A stretch of 64,000 nucleotides of DNA, taken from sequence record OQ174503.1; one strand, 5' to 3'. The DNA is from Escherichia phage REP4. Positions 37,066-48,527 of the stretch are shown here, one piece after another. Within the stretch, counting starts at the first letter, position 1. The number at the start of each line of letters is the position of its first letter. A program made the translations under genes and the position numbers. The notes under the pieces were generated by a model. It saw nothing but the letters and a program-made list of their open reading frames with translations. It was not told the origin of the DNA and did no database searches.

Positions 37066-37890
37066 TTAGATATTTGACCAGACTTTGTTTGCAGAGAAAC
37101 GTTTTCCTTTTGAAACGAACTGCTGAAGTGGCATTAATACAACGTTCGCCCAGTCTTTCGGGGCGATTTCAACAAGGCTACCCATGATATTACCAGGTAT
37201 ATATGCCTTAATCATTTGGTCTGCACCTCTAAATCCTTTCACTTGACTCCAATCAATTTTTAATTTCGTTTTATTAGTAATAGTAGGTGTATTTGAATAT
37301 TGCTTTAAAAGCTCTTCTAGAAATTGCTGACGAGCTTTAGGTGGAATATAGTGCAAGTTCAATCCGTACATTAAATTATGTTTACCTAAACCGAGGTAAA
37401 TTATCAAAGGAAATTTATCCCAGTAAGGAAGAGTTTCTTTGTGTTTAGCATCGTAAGCAAAAGCATATATTCGTCCCGGCTGCGGGCGAACAACTTTATG
37501 TCCTTTTACCTGCTTAATAGTTTCAGCAAACCACTTTCTGGTTTTATTATTAATTGCTGCGCCTTCATTACGAATTTTATCACGCAATGTTTGCCTGAAT
37601 GAATTTATCATAAGCAGTTGTCTTTCTTGCTTATTGAGTTTATTCATTGGTTTTGATTCAAGCTTTTGAATCTTTTCAGCCGTTTTAATTCCTGAAGCAT
37701 ATTTTGACATTGCCGAAGTAAACGTAGAGTATTTGATTCCTCTTTCTTCAGCAAATTGCTTTCCTGTCATTCCTTTTGCTTTGGCCTTTTTGTATTCAAG
37801 ACCTATCTGAATCCATTTCTTTTCGTTTAATGATTGCTTAACCTTTGGAACTTGGGGAGTGCTTTCATTAATTATTTGAAAAATAGCCAT
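37066..37890 (-). CDS. 2: gp2 DNA end-protector protein
   Basis: 274 aa, T4 length and order. Confidence 0.8.
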   Translation of the reverse strand: MAIFQIINESTPQVPKVKQSLNEKKWIQIGLEYKKAKAKGMTGKQFAEERGIKYSTFTSAMSKYASGIKTAEKIQKLESKPMNKLNKQERQLLMINSFRQTLRDKIRNEGAAINNKTRKWFAETIKQVKGHKVVRPQPGRIYAFAYDAKHKETLPYWDKFPLIIYLGLGKHNLMYGLNLHYIPPKARQQFLEELLKQYSNTPTITNKTKLKIDWSQVKGFRGADQMIKAYIPGNIMGSLVEIAPKDWANVVLMPLQQFVSKGKRFSANKVWSNI

Positions 37891-38342
37891 TATGCCCCCT
37901 TAAAGCCAAGAGCTCGTAATCCATCTTCTGTTAGAATTCTAAATTTTATTCCACGCTTTTCAGCTAAAGCTTGCGCTGCTTTCCATTTATCAGTATTAAC
38001 GGAATATGTATAAATTTCATTCATAAATCTTTTCTTCGCTGCGGTTGTTAGATGTGCCGGTTTAACTGGTGGTTGTGTTTCTTTTTTAGGTTTTATTTCA
38101 ATAAAAAATTCTTGTCCAGAAGAATCTTTCATCCAAATATCCATGAAGTATCTACGTTTTTTCCCTTCTGCATTACAAAAATAAGGAATTACTGCTGTTT
38201 CACTACCCCATGCAATAATTTCTGGATTTTTATCTAACCATTCAAAAAAGAATTTTTCCCAATTTGATCTATACGTAATTTTTTTAGGGTCACCTCTATA
38301 TTTTGATATATTTTTAGGAACCCATTTTCCAGAATATGCCAT
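37890..38342 (-). CDS. 4: gp4 head completion protein
   Basis: 150 aa, T4 length and order. Confidence 0.8.
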   Translation of the reverse strand: MAYSGKWVPKNISKYRGDPKKITYRSNWEKFFFEWLDKNPEIIAWGSETAVIPYFCNAEGKKRRYFMDIWMKDSSGQEFFIEIKPKKETQPPVKPAHLTTAAKKRFMNEIYTYSVNTDKWKAAQALAEKRGIKFRILTEDGLRALGFKGA

Positions 38343-38353
38343 TGGATTCTCCT

Positions 38354-38376
38354 TATAAATAGATAATATATTTATA
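38354..38376. promoter_or_regulatory. divergent late promoters (TATAAATA on each strand) between genes 4 and 53
   Basis: Plus-strand TATAAATA at 38354-38361 for gene 53; minus-strand TATAAATA at 38369-38376 for gene 4. Confidence 0.55.
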
Positions 38377-38389
38377 AACAGGAGGGCCC

Positions 38390-38980
38390 ATGCTCTTTAC
38401 ATTTTTTGATCCGATTGAATATGCGGCCAAAACGGTGAATAAAAACGCGCCGACTATTCCTATGACAGATATTTTTAGAAACTATAAAGACTATTTTAAA
38501 CGCGCTCTTGCGGGATATCGCTTACGTACTTATTATATTAAAGGTTCACCACGCCCGGAAGAATTAGCAAATGCTATATATGGAAATCCACAGTTGTATT
38601 GGGTTTTATTGATGTGTAATGATAATTATGATCCGTATTATGGATGGATTACTTCGCAGGAAGCTGCTTATCAAGCATCTATACAAAAATACAAAAATGT
38701 AGGTGGAGACCAAATAGTATATCATGTGAATGAGAACGGTGAAAAATTTTATAATTTAATATCATACGATGATAATCCGTATGTTTGGTATGACAAAGGC
38801 GATAAAGCCAGAAAATATCCTCAATATGAAGGAGCACTTGCTGCGGTCGATACGTATGAAGCTGCTGTTCTTGAAAATGAAAAACTTCGTCAAATAAAAA
38901 TAATAGCAAAATCAGACATTAATTCATTTATGAACGACCTTATACGTATAATGGAGAAATCTTATGGAAATGATAAGTAA
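38390..38980 (+). CDS. 53: gp53 baseplate wedge protein
   Basis: 196 aa, T4 length and order. Confidence 0.9.
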   Translation: MLFTFFDPIEYAAKTVNKNAPTIPMTDIFRNYKDYFKRALAGYRLRTYYIKGSPRPEELANAIYGNPQLYWVLLMCNDNYDPYYGWITSQEAAYQASIQKYKNVGGDQIVYHVNENGEKFYNLISYDDNPYVWYDKGDKARKYPQYEGALAAVDTYEAAVLENEKLRQIKIIAKSDINSFMNDLIRIMEKSYGNDK

Positions 38981-40691
38981 TAACCTTAATTGGTTTGTTG
39001 GTGTTGTTGAAGATAGAATGGACCCATTAAAATTAGGTCGTGTTCGTGTTCGTGTGGTTGGTCTGCATCCGCCTCAAAGAGCACAAGGCGATGTAATGGG
39101 TATTCCAACTGATAAATTACCATGGATGTCAGTTATTCAACCTATAACTTCTGCAGCAATGTCTGGAATTGGAGGCTCCGTTACTGGTCCGGTAGAAGGA
39201 ACTAGAGTATATGGTCATTTTTTAGACAAATGGAAAACTAACGGAATTGTCCTTGGCACGTATGGTGGGATAGTTCGCGAAAAACCTAATAGACTTGAAG
39301 GATTTTCTGACCCAACTGGACAGTATCCTAGACGTCTAGGAAATGATACTAACGTATTAAACCAAGGCGGAGAAGTAGGATATGATTCGTCTTCTAATAT
39401 TATCCAAGACAGTAATTTAGATACTGCAATAAATCCAGATGATAGACCGCTATCAGAAATTCCAACTGATGATAATCCAAATATGTCAATGGCTGAAATG
39501 CTTCGCCGTGATGAAGGATTAAGACTAAAAGTTTATTGGGATACTGAAGGATATCCGACAATTGGTATTGGTCATCTTATCATGAAGCAGCCAGTTCGTG
39601 ATATGGCCCAAATTAATAAAGTTTTATCAAAACAAGTTGGTCGTGAAATTACCGGAAATCCAGGTTCTATTACAATGGAAGAAGCGGTAACTTTATTTGA
39701 ACGCGATTTGGCTGATATGCAACGTGACATTAAATCACATTCTAAAGTTGGCCCAGTTTGGAAAGCAGTTAATCGTTCTCGTCAAATGGCGTTAGAAAAT
39801 ATGGCATTTCAGATGGGTGTTGGCGGTGTAGCTAAATTTAACACAATGTTAACTGCTATGTTAGCCGGAGATTGGGAAAAAGCATATAAAGCTGGTCGTG
39901 ATTCATTGTGGTATCAACAAACAAAAGGCCGTGCATCCCGTGTTACCATGATTATTCTTACCGGGAATTTGGAATCATACGGTATTGAAGTGAAAACGCC
40001 AGCTAGGTCTTTGTCTGCAATGGCTGCTACTGTAGCAAAGTCTTCTGACCCGGCTGATCCTCCTATTCCGAATGATTCGAGAATTTTATTTAAAGAACCT
40101 GTTTCTTCATATAAAGGTGAATATCCGTATGTTCACACAATGGAAACTGAAAGCGGTCATATTCAGGAATTCGATGATACCCCTGGGCAAGAGCGATACA
40201 GATTAGTTCATCCGACTGGAACGTATGAGGAAGTATCACCATCAGGAAGAAGAACAAGAAAAACTGTTGATAATTTGTATGATATAACAAATGCTGATGG
40301 TAATTTTTTGGTAGCCGGTGATAAAAAGACTAACGTCGGTGGATCAGAAATTTATTACAACATGGATAATCGTCTTCACCAAATAGATGGAAGCAATACA
40401 ATATTTGTGCGTGGCGATGAAACTAAGACAGTTGAAGGTAATGGAACTATCCTAGTTAAAGGTAATGTTACTATTGTAGTTGAAGGTAATGCTGACATTA
40501 CAGTTAAAGGAGATGCTACCACTTTAGTTGAAGGAAATCAAACTAATACAGTAAATGGAAATCTTTCTTGGAAAGTTGCTGGGACAGTTGATTGGGACGT
40601 TGGTGGTGATTGGACAGAAAAAATGGCATCTATGAGTTCTATTTCATCTGGTCAATACACAATTGATGGATCGAGGATTGACATTGGCTAA
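38964..40691 (+). CDS. 5: gp5 baseplate hub / tail-associated lysozyme
   Basis: 575 aa; internal lysozyme domain (MAEMLRRDEGLRLKVYWDTEGYPTIGIGHL) similar to e; C-terminal VEGN repeat beta-helix. Confidence 0.95.
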   Translation: MEMISNNLNWFVGVVEDRMDPLKLGRVRVRVVGLHPPQRAQGDVMGIPTDKLPWMSVIQPITSAAMSGIGGSVTGPVEGTRVYGHFLDKWKTNGIVLGTYGGIVREKPNRLEGFSDPTGQYPRRLGNDTNVLNQGGEVGYDSSSNIIQDSNLDTAINPDDRPLSEIPTDDNPNMSMAEMLRRDEGLRLKVYWDTEGYPTIGIGHLIMKQPVRDMAQINKVLSKQVGREITGNPGSITMEEAVTLFERDLADMQRDIKSHSKVGPVWKAVNRSRQMALENMAFQMGVGGVAKFNTMLTAMLAGDWEKAYKAGRDSLWYQQTKGRASRVTMIILTGNLESYGIEVKTPARSLSAMAATVAKSSDPADPPIPNDSRILFKEPVSSYKGEYPYVHTMETESGHIQEFDDTPGQERYRLVHPTGTYEEVSPSGRRTRKTVDNLYDITNADGNFLVAGDKKTNVGGSEIYYNMDNRLHQIDGSNTIFVRGDETKTVEGNGTILVKGNVTIVVEGNADITVKGDATTLVEGNQTNTVNGNLSWKVAGTVDWDVGGDWTEKMASMSSISSGQYTIDGSRIDIG

Positions 40692-41220
40692 TATACTTCC
40701 AATGAGCGCTGATTTAGGAGAATCCATGGAAGGTTCTTCTATCGACGTCACCTTTACCGCTCAATTAGAAACAGGTGAAACGTTAGTATCTATAAATATA
40801 ACTAGTTACGAAGAAACTCCTGGGGTTTTAGTAGAAGAAAATCATTTATATGGAACGTATGAATCTGTGTTTGGATTTGGAAATGACGCATTGAAATATC
40901 GTTTAGATGATGAATTTAAAACTGCTGCTTCATGGGAAGACCTTCCAACTGATTCTAATACTCAGTTATATTTGTGGAAAGCTCCTCAAAACCTCCAGAA
41001 GACATTCACTTATGAAGTAACATTAATATATGACTACCAAGAACAAAGTGAATCTGGAGGTTCTGGCAGTAATTCTAGGTCATCTTCTGATACTACTGAA
41101 CCAACGAATCCTCCAGCTCCAATAAGAAAAACTCTTGTTAAAAATTACACAAAAACTATAGTTGGAAATTGGAGTCGTTGGGCTAATAAATTGAGAAGCT
41201 ATGTGTATGAGAGGCCATAA
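40663..41220 (+). CDS. 5.1: gp5.1
   Basis: 185-aa ORF directly after gene 5. Confidence 0.7.
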
Positions 41221-41514
41221 ATGTCAGGATTAAGTTATGATAAGTGTGTTACTGCTGGCCATGAAGCATGGCCTCCAACAGTTGTGAATGCCACACAAAG
41301 TAAAGTATTCACCGGAGGAATTGCTGTTCTCGTAGCAGGTGATCCAATTACAGAACATACAGAAATTAAAAAGCCATATGAGACACATGGCGGAGTGACA
41401 CAACCTAGAACTTCTAAGGTATATGTCACTGGAAAGAAAGCTGTTCAAATGGCTGATCCAATATCATGCGGTGATACTGTGGCTCAGGCATCATCTAAAG
41501 TATTCATTAAATAG
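41221..41514 (+). CDS. 5.4: gp5.4 spike-tip protein
   Basis: 97 aa, directly follows 5.1 with no intervening gene. Confidence 0.75.
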
Positions 41515-41522
41515 GATTTAAA

Positions 41523-43505
41523 ATGGCAAATACCCCTGTAAATTATCAATTAACAAGAACAGCAAATGCTATTCCCGAGATATTCGTCGGGGGTACATTT
41601 GCTGAAATAAAACAAAACCTCATTGAATGGCTTAATGGTCAAAATGAATTTTTGGATTATGATTTTGAAGGCTCAAGATTAAACGTTCTGTGCGACCTTT
41701 TAGCTTATAATACATTATACATTCAGCAGTTTGGTAATGCTGCTGTGTATGAAAGCTTTATGCGTACTGCTAACTTACGTAGTTCAGTAGTTCAAGCTGC
41801 ACAAGATAATGGATATTTACCTACTTCAAAATCAGCTGCTCAAACTGAAATTATGCTAACTTGTACAGACGCATTGAATAGAAATTACATTACTATTCCT
41901 CGTGGTACTCGCTTTTTAGCATATGCAAAGGATACTTCTGTTAATCCTTATAACTTTGTCTCTACCGAAGATGTTATTGCTATTCGTGATAAAAATAACC
42001 AATATTTTCCACGTTTAAAATTGGCCCAGGGACGTATAGTAAGAACTGAAATCATTTATGATAAATTAACACCTATTATCATTTATGACAAAAATATAGA
42101 TAGAAACCAAGTTAAATTATACGTTGATGGAGCAGAATGGATTAACTGGACAAGAAAGTCAATGGTTCATGCTGGTTCTACATCAACAATTTACTACATG
42201 CGTGAAACTATTGATGGAAATACTGAATTTTATTTTGGTGAAGGCGAGATTTCCGTCAACACGGCAGAAGGAGCATTGACTGCTAATTATATTGGAGGTC
42301 TTAAACCTACCCAGAACTCTACGATTGTTATTGAGTACATCAGTACTAACGGTGCAGATGCGAATGGCGCAGTCGGATTTTCATACGCAGATACATTAAC
42401 AAATATAACTGTTATCAATATTAATGAAAACCCAAACGATGACCCAGATTTTGTTGGGGCAGACGGTGGCGGTGATCCAGAAGATATTGAGCGTATTCGC
42501 GAATTGGGTACTATTAAACGCGAAACTCAGCAACGATGCGTAACTGCGACTGACTATGATACATTCGTTTCAGAGAGATTTGGTTCTATTATTCAAGCAG
42601 TTCAGACTTTCACTGATTCTACTAAACCTGGTTATGCATTTATTGCTGCTAAACCTAAATCAGGGCTGTATTTAACTACTGTACAGCGTGAAGATATTAA
42701 AAATTATCTCAAAGACTACAATTTAGCTCCTATTACGCCATCAATTATTTCTCCTAATTATCTTTTTATTAAGACTAATTTAAAAGTCACATATGCTTTA
42801 AATAAGCTGCAAGAATCCGAACAGTGGCTCGAAGGTCAAATAATTGATAAAATTGATCGTTATTATACCGAAGATGTAGAAATTTTTAACTCATCTTTCG
42901 CTAAATCTAAGATGTTGACATACGTAGATGATGCAGATCATTCTATCATTGGCTCATCGGCGACAATTCAAATAGTACGTGAAGTACAAAACTTCTATAA
43001 AACGCCTGAAGCGGGTATTAAATACAATAATCAAATAAAAGATCGTTCTATGGAATCTAATACGTTTTCATTTAATTCTGGACGAAAGGTTGTAAATCCT
43101 GATACTGGTTTAGAAGAAGATGTATTATATGACGTTCGTATAGTATCAACAGACCGAGATTCTAAAGGAATTGGTAAAGTTATTATTGGTCCATTTGCTT
43201 CTGGCGATGTTACAGAAAATGAAAACATTCAGCCGTATACAGGCAACGATTTTAACAAATTAGCAAATTCTGATGGACGCGACAAATACTATGTTATCGG
43301 TGAAATAAATTATCCGGCTGATGTGATTTACTGGAATATCGCTAAAATTAATTTAACATCTGAAAAATTTGAAGTTCAGACTATTGAATTATATTCTGAC
43401 CCAACCGATGATGTTATCTTTACTCGCGATGGTTCACTGATTGTATTTGAAAATGACTTACGTCCACAATACTTAACTATCGATTTGGAGCCTATATCAC
43501 AATGA
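41523..43505 (+). CDS. 6: gp6 baseplate wedge
   Basis: 660 aa, T4 length and order. Confidence 0.9.
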   Translation: MANTPVNYQLTRTANAIPEIFVGGTFAEIKQNLIEWLNGQNEFLDYDFEGSRLNVLCDLLAYNTLYIQQFGNAAVYESFMRTANLRSSVVQAAQDNGYLPTSKSAAQTEIMLTCTDALNRNYITIPRGTRFLAYAKDTSVNPYNFVSTEDVIAIRDKNNQYFPRLKLAQGRIVRTEIIYDKLTPIIIYDKNIDRNQVKLYVDGAEWINWTRKSMVHAGSTSTIYYMRETIDGNTEFYFGEGEISVNTAEGALTANYIGGLKPTQNSTIVIEYISTNGADANGAVGFSYADTLTNITVININENPNDDPDFVGADGGGDPEDIERIRELGTIKRETQQRCVTATDYDTFVSERFGSIIQAVQTFTDSTKPGYAFIAAKPKSGLYLTTVQREDIKNYLKDYNLAPITPSIISPNYLFIKTNLKVTYALNKLQESEQWLEGQIIDKIDRYYTEDVEIFNSSFAKSKMLTYVDDADHSIIGSSATIQIVREVQNFYKTPEAGIKYNNQIKDRSMESNTFSFNSGRKVVNPDTGLEEDVLYDVRIVSTDRDSKGIGKVIIGPFASGDVTENENIQPYTGNDFNKLANSDGRDKYYVIGEINYPADVIYWNIAKINLTSEKFEVQTIELYSDPTDDVIFTRDGSLIVFENDLRPQYLTIDLEPISQ

Positions 43506-46500
43506 CAGTAAAAGCACCTTCAGTCACTAGTCTCAGAATTTCCAAGTTATCCGCAAATCAGGTGCAAGTACGCTGGGATGACGTTGGTGCTAATTTCTAC
43601 TATTTTGTAGAAATCGCTGAGACAAAAACAAACTCGGGGGAAAATCTCCCGAGTAATCAATATAGATGGATTAACTTAGGATATACTGCAAATAACAGCT
43701 TCTTTTTTGACGATGCTGACCCGTTGACATCATACATTATCAGAGTAGCTACTGCTGCGCAAGATTTTGAGCAGTCTGATTGGATTTATACCGAAGAGTT
43801 TGAAACTTTTGCTACAAATGCTTATACATTTCAAAACATGATTGAAATGCAATTAGCTAATAAATTCATTCAGGAAAAATTTACTCTTAATAATTCTGAT
43901 TATGTCAATTTTAATAATGACACTATAATGGCTGCATTAATGAATGAATCATTTCAGTTCAGCCCATCATATGTTGACGTTTCATCAATAAGTAATTTTA
44001 TTATTGGTGAAAATGAGTATCATGAAATACAGGGTTCTATTCAGCAAGTATGTAAGGATATTAACCGAGTTTATTTGATGGAATCAGAAGGGATTTTATA
44101 CCTTTTTGAGCGCTATCAACCTGTAGTTAAAGTATCCAATGATAAAGGACAAACTTGGAAAGCTGTAAAGCTCTTCAATGACCGCGTAGGATATCCTTTA
44201 TCTAAGACAGTATATTACCAATCTGCGAACACAACATACGTTCTAGGATACGACAAGATTTTCTATGGCCGCAAATCTACTGATGTTAGATGGTCAGCTG
44301 ACGATGTCAGATTTAGTTCGCAGGATATAACATTCGCTAAACTTGGCGACCAATTACATCTAGGATTTGATGTAGAAATTTTTGCCACTTACGCAACTTT
44401 GCCAGCGAATGTATATCGCATTGCAGAAGCTATTACTTGCACCGATGATTACATTTACGTTGTCGCCAGAGACAAAGTTAGATACATAAAAACGAGTAAT
44501 GCACCTATAGATTCTGATCCATTATCTCCGACATATTCGGAAAGACTTTTTGAACCTGATACTATGACTATAACTGGAAATCCTAAAGCAGTATGCTATA
44601 AAATGGATTCTGTCGGTGATAAAGTTTTTGCTCTTATTATTGGTGAAGTTGAAACACTAAATGCTAATCCTAGAACATCAAAAATAATTGATTCTGCTGA
44701 TAAAGGAATATATGTTTTAAATCATTACACAAAAACATGGAAAAGAGTTTTTGGCAACACTGAAGAAGAAAGAAGACGTATTCAACCAGGGTATGCGAAT
44801 ATGTCAACTGATGGTAAATTAGTTTCTCTATCATCGAGTAATTTTAAATTTTTAAGTGATAATGTTGTTAATGACCCTGAAACTGCGGCAAAATATCAGT
44901 TAATCGGTGCCGTTAAATATGAATTTCCTCGTGAATGGCTAGCTGATAAACATTATCATATGATGGCATTTATAGCGGATGAAAAGTCTGATTGGGAAAC
45001 TTTTACTCCTCAGCCGATGAAATACTACGCAGAACCATTCTTTAACTGGTCTAAAAAATCTAACACACGTTGTTGGATAAACAACTCTGATAGGGTTGTA
45101 GTAGTTTATGCTGATTTAAAATACACTAAAGTTATAGAAAATATTCCGGAAACATCACCAGATAGATTAGTTCATGAATACTGGGATGATGGCGATTGCA
45201 CTATAGTAATGCCAAATGTTAAATTCACTGGATTTAAAAAATATGCATCTGGGATGCTTTTCTATAAAGCCTCTGGTGAAATAATTTCTTACTATGATTT
45301 TAACTATCGTGTTAGAGACACTGTCGAAATTATTTGGAAGCCAACTGAAGTATTTTTAAAAGCATTTTTACAAAACCAAGAGCATGAAACTCCTTGGTCG
45401 CCCGAAGAAGAGCGTGGATTAGCTGACCCTGATTTAAGACCATTGATTGGCACAATGATGCCTGATTCTTATTTGTTACAGGATTCGAATTTTGAGGCAT
45501 TTTGCGAAGCATATATTCAGTATCTTTCTGATGGATATGGAACTCAGTATAACAATTTACGAAATTTAATTCGTAACAAATATCCACGAGAAGAGCATGC
45601 ATGGGAATATTTGTGGTCAGAGATATATAAAAGAAACATTTATTTAAATGCTGACAAACGTGATGCTGTTGCAAGATTTTTCGAATCACGCAGCTATGAT
45701 TTTTATTCTACTAAAGGAATTGAAGCATCATACAAATTTCTTTTTAAAGTTCTTTATAATGAAGAAGTTGAAATTGAAATTGAATCTGGAGCTGGTACTG
45801 AATATGATATAATCGTTCAATCTGATTCTTTGACTGAAGATTTAGTAGGACAAACGATTTATACAGCTACAGGAAGATGTAATGTTACTTATATAGAAAG
45901 AAGCTATTCTAATGGTAAATTGCAATGGACCGTAACTATTCATAATCTTTTGGGAAGATTAATTGCTGGTCAAGAAGTTAAAGCAGAAAGACTCCCTAGT
46001 TTTGAAGGCGAAATTATTCGCGGGGTTAAAGGAAAGGATTTGCTTCAAAATAATATAGACTATATTAATAGAAGTCGATCATATTATGTAATGAAAATTA
46101 AATCCAATTTACCTTCTTCCCGCTGGAAATCTGACGTTATTCGTTTTGTTCATCCAGTAGGATTTGGATTTATAGCAATTACTCTTTTAACAATGTTTAT
46201 TAATGTTGGTTTAACTCTTAAACATACAGAGACTATAATTAATAAATACAAAAACTATAAATGGGATTCTGGATTGCCTATTGAATATGCTGATAGAGTA
46301 GCTAAATTGACTCCAACCGGTGAAATTGAGCATGATTCGGTAACAGGCGAAGCAATTTATGAACCTGGCCCAATGGCTGGTGTAAAATATCCTCTTCCTG
46401 ATGACTATAATGCTGAAAATAATAATTCAATATTTCAAGGTCAATTGCCATCTGAACGACGTAAATTAATGAGTCCTCTATTTGATGCATCTGGAACAAC

Positions 46501-46600
46501 ATTTGCACAATTTAGGGATTTAGTTAATAAACGTCTAAAAGATAATATAGGAAATCCAAGAGACCCTGAAAATCCAACACAGGTTAAAATAGATGAATGA
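43502..46600 (+). CDS. 7: gp7 baseplate wedge
   Basis: 1032 aa, T4 length and order. Confidence 0.9.
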   Translation: MTVKAPSVTSLRISKLSANQVQVRWDDVGANFYYFVEIAETKTNSGENLPSNQYRWINLGYTANNSFFFDDADPLTSYIIRVATAAQDFEQSDWIYTEEFETFATNAYTFQNMIEMQLANKFIQEKFTLNNSDYVNFNNDTIMAALMNESFQFSPSYVDVSSISNFIIGENEYHEIQGSIQQVCKDINRVYLMESEGILYLFERYQPVVKVSNDKGQTWKAVKLFNDRVGYPLSKTVYYQSANTTYVLGYDKIFYGRKSTDVRWSADDVRFSSQDITFAKLGDQLHLGFDVEIFATYATLPANVYRIAEAITCTDDYIYVVARDKVRYIKTSNAPIDSDPLSPTYSERLFEPDTMTITGNPKAVCYKMDSVGDKVFALIIGEVETLNANPRTSKIIDSADKGIYVLNHYTKTWKRVFGNTEEERRRIQPGYANMSTDGKLVSLSSSNFKFLSDNVVNDPETAAKYQLIGAVKYEFPREWLADKHYHMMAFIADEKSDWETFTPQPMKYYAEPFFNWSKKSNTRCWINNSDRVVVVYADLKYTKVIENIPETSPDRLVHEYWDDGDCTIVMPNVKFTGFKKYASGMLFYKASGEIISYYDFNYRVRDTVEIIWKPTEVFLKAFLQNQEHETPWSPEEERGLADPDLRPLIGTMMPDSYLLQDSNFEAFCEAYIQYLSDGYGTQYNNLRNLIRNKYPREEHAWEYLWSEIYKRNIYLNADKRDAVARFFESRSYDFYSTKGIEASYKFLFKVLYNEEVEIEIESGAGTEYDIIVQSDSLTEDLVGQTIYTATGRCNVTYIERSYSNGKLQWTVTIHNLLGRLIAGQEVKAERLPSFEGEIIRGVKGKDLLQNNIDYINRSRSYYVMKIKSNLPSSRWKSDVIRFVHPVGFGFIAITLLTMFINVGLTLKHTETIINKYKNYKWDSGLPIEYADRVAKLTPTGEIEHDSVTGEAIYEPGPMAGVKYPLPDDYNAENNNSIFQGQLPSERRKLMSPLFDASGTTFAQFRDLVNKRLKDNIGNPRDPENPTQVKIDE

Positions 46601-47597
46601 TTCAAGTGTTATCTATCGTGCGATAGTTACTTCAAAATTTAGAACAGAAAAAATGTTGAATTTTTATAATTCAATTGGAAGTGGTCCGGATAAAAACACT
46701 ATCTTTATCACATTTGGAAGATCAGAACCATGGTCATCAAATGAAAATGAGGTGGGATTTGCCCCACCTTATCCCACCGATTCTGTATTAGGTGTAACTG
46801 ACATGTGGACTCATATGATGGGAACCGTGAAGGTTCTTCCATCTATGCTTGATGCAGTTATTCCTCGTCGAGATTGGGGAGATACTAGATATCCGGATCC
46901 ATACACATTTAGAATTAACGATATTGTAGTATGTAACTCAGCTCCTTACAATGCTACCGAATCAGGCGCAGGCTGGTTAGTATATCGTTGTTTAGATGTT
47001 CCTGATACCGGAATGTGTTCAATTGAGTCTTTAACTAATAAGGATGAATGCCTTAAGTTAGGTGGAAAATGGACTCCTTCTGCTAGGTCAATGACTCCTC
47101 CTGAAGGTCGAGGAGACGCGGAAGGAACAATTGAACCTGGAGACGGATATGTTTGGGAATATCTTTTTGAGATTCCGCCTGATGTGTCTATAAATAGATG
47201 CACGAATGAATATATCGTGGTTCCTTGGCCTGAGGAATTAAAAGAAGACCCGACTAGATGGGGATATGAAGATAATCTCACATGGCAGCAAGATGATTTT
47301 GGATTAATTTACCGGGTTAAGGCAAATACTATTCGTTTTAAAGCATATTTAGATTCAGTTTATTTTCCTGAAGCTGCATTGCCGGGAAATAAAGGATTTA
47401 GACAAATATCAATAATCACGAATCCTCTTGAAGCTAAAGCTCATCCAAATGACCCAAACGTTAAAGCTGAAAAGGATTATTATGATCCGGAAGATTTAAT
47501 GAGGCATTCGGGCGAAATGATTTATATGGAAAATAGGCCACCTATTATCATGGCAATGGATCAAACAGAAGAAATCAATATTCTGTTTACATTTTAA
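46593..47597 (+). CDS. 8: gp8 baseplate wedge
   Basis: 334 aa. Confidence 0.9.
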   Translation: MNDSSVIYRAIVTSKFRTEKMLNFYNSIGSGPDKNTIFITFGRSEPWSSNENEVGFAPPYPTDSVLGVTDMWTHMMGTVKVLPSMLDAVIPRRDWGDTRYPDPYTFRINDIVVCNSAPYNATESGAGWLVYRCLDVPDTGMCSIESLTNKDECLKLGGKWTPSARSMTPPEGRGDAEGTIEPGDGYVWEYLFEIPPDVSINRCTNEYIVVPWPEELKEDPTRWGYEDNLTWQQDDFGLIYRVKANTIRFKAYLDSVYFPEAALPGNKGFRQISIITNPLEAKAHPNDPNVKAEKDYYDPEDLMRHSGEMIYMENRPPIIMAMDQTEEINILFTF

Positions 47598-47602
47598 CTT
47601 AA

Positions 47603-47629
47603 GGGAGCCCATGGGCTCCCTTTTTCTTT
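47603..47629 (+). terminator. hairpin terminator after gene 8 (GGGAGCCC-AUGGGCUCCC + U-run)
   Basis: Perfect GC-rich palindrome followed by TTTTTCTTT; late promoter TATAAATA follows at 47629-47636. Confidence 0.65.
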
Positions 47630-47636
47630 ATAAATA
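47629..47636 (+). promoter_or_regulatory. late promoter (TATAAATA) for gene 9
   Basis: Exact TATAAATA 25 nt upstream of the gene 9 ATG. Confidence 0.6.
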
Positions 47637-47660
47637 CTATAAACTCATAAGGAAACCGCT

Positions 47661-48527
47661 ATGTTCATTCAAGAACCAAAGAAATTGATTGATACCGGCG
47701 AAATTGGTAACGCTTCTACTGGTGATATCTTATTCGACGGTGGTAATAAAATTAATAGTGATTTTAACGCAATTTATAATGCGTTTGGCGATCAACGTAA
47801 AATGGCAGTAGCAAATGGCACTGGAGCAGATGGTCAAATTATCCATGCTACTGGATATTATCAAAAACACTCTATTGCAGAGTACGCAACTCCAGTAAAA
47901 GTTGGCACTAGACATGATATTGATACCTCTACTGTAGGTGTTAAAGTTATCATTGAAAGAGGCGAACTTGGCGACTGCGTTGAATTTATTAACTCAAATG
48001 GATCAATATCAGTTACTAATCCTTTAACGATTCAAGCTATTGATTCAATTAAAGGCGTTTCAGGTAATTTGGTAGTAACTAGCCCATATAGTAAAGTAAC
48101 TTTACGCTGTATTTCATCTGATAATTCTACATCGGTTTGGAATTATTCTATTGAAAGTATGTTTGGACAAAAGGAATCACCAGCTGAAGGTACATGGAAT
48201 ATTTCTACATCCGGATCAGTTGATATTCCACTATTTCATCGTACTGAATATAACATGGCTAAATTGTTAGTTACATGTCAATCAGTAGATGGAAGAAAAA
48301 TTAAAACGGCAGAAATAAATATTCTTGTAGATACTGTTAATTCAGCGGTCATTTCTTCTGAATATGCTGTCATGCGAGTTGGGAATGAAACCGAAGAAGA
48401 CGAAATCGCTAATATTGCATTTAGTATTAAAGAAAATTATGTAACGGCGACTATAAGTTCTTCAACTGTCGGTATGAGAGCAGCAGTTAAAGTTATCGCT
48501 ACGCAGAAAATCGGGGTGGCTCAATAA
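47661..48527 (+). CDS. 9: gp9 baseplate, long-tail-fibre socket
   Basis: 288 aa. Confidence 0.9.
   Translation: MFIQEPKKLIDTGEIGNASTGDILFDGGNKINSDFNAIYNAFGDQRKMAVANGTGADGQIIHATGYYQKHSIAEYATPVKVGTRHDIDTSTVGVKVIIERGELGDCVEFINSNGSISVTNPLTIQAIDSIKGVSGNLVVTSPYSKVTLRCISSDNSTSVWNYSIESMFGQKESPAEGTWNISTSGSVDIPLFHRTEYNMAKLLVTCQSVDGRKIKTAEINILVDTVNSAVISSEYAVMRVGNETEEDEIANIAFSIKENYVTATISSSTVGMRAAVKVIATQKIGVAQ

Noticed and set aside
45330-47281. Minus-strand ORFs inside genes 7 and 8 (45330-45689, 46302-46508, 46946-47281)
   Set aside because: Embedded antisense in long, conserved structural genes of a uniformly plus-strand late operon; no promoter or ribosome-binding site context.
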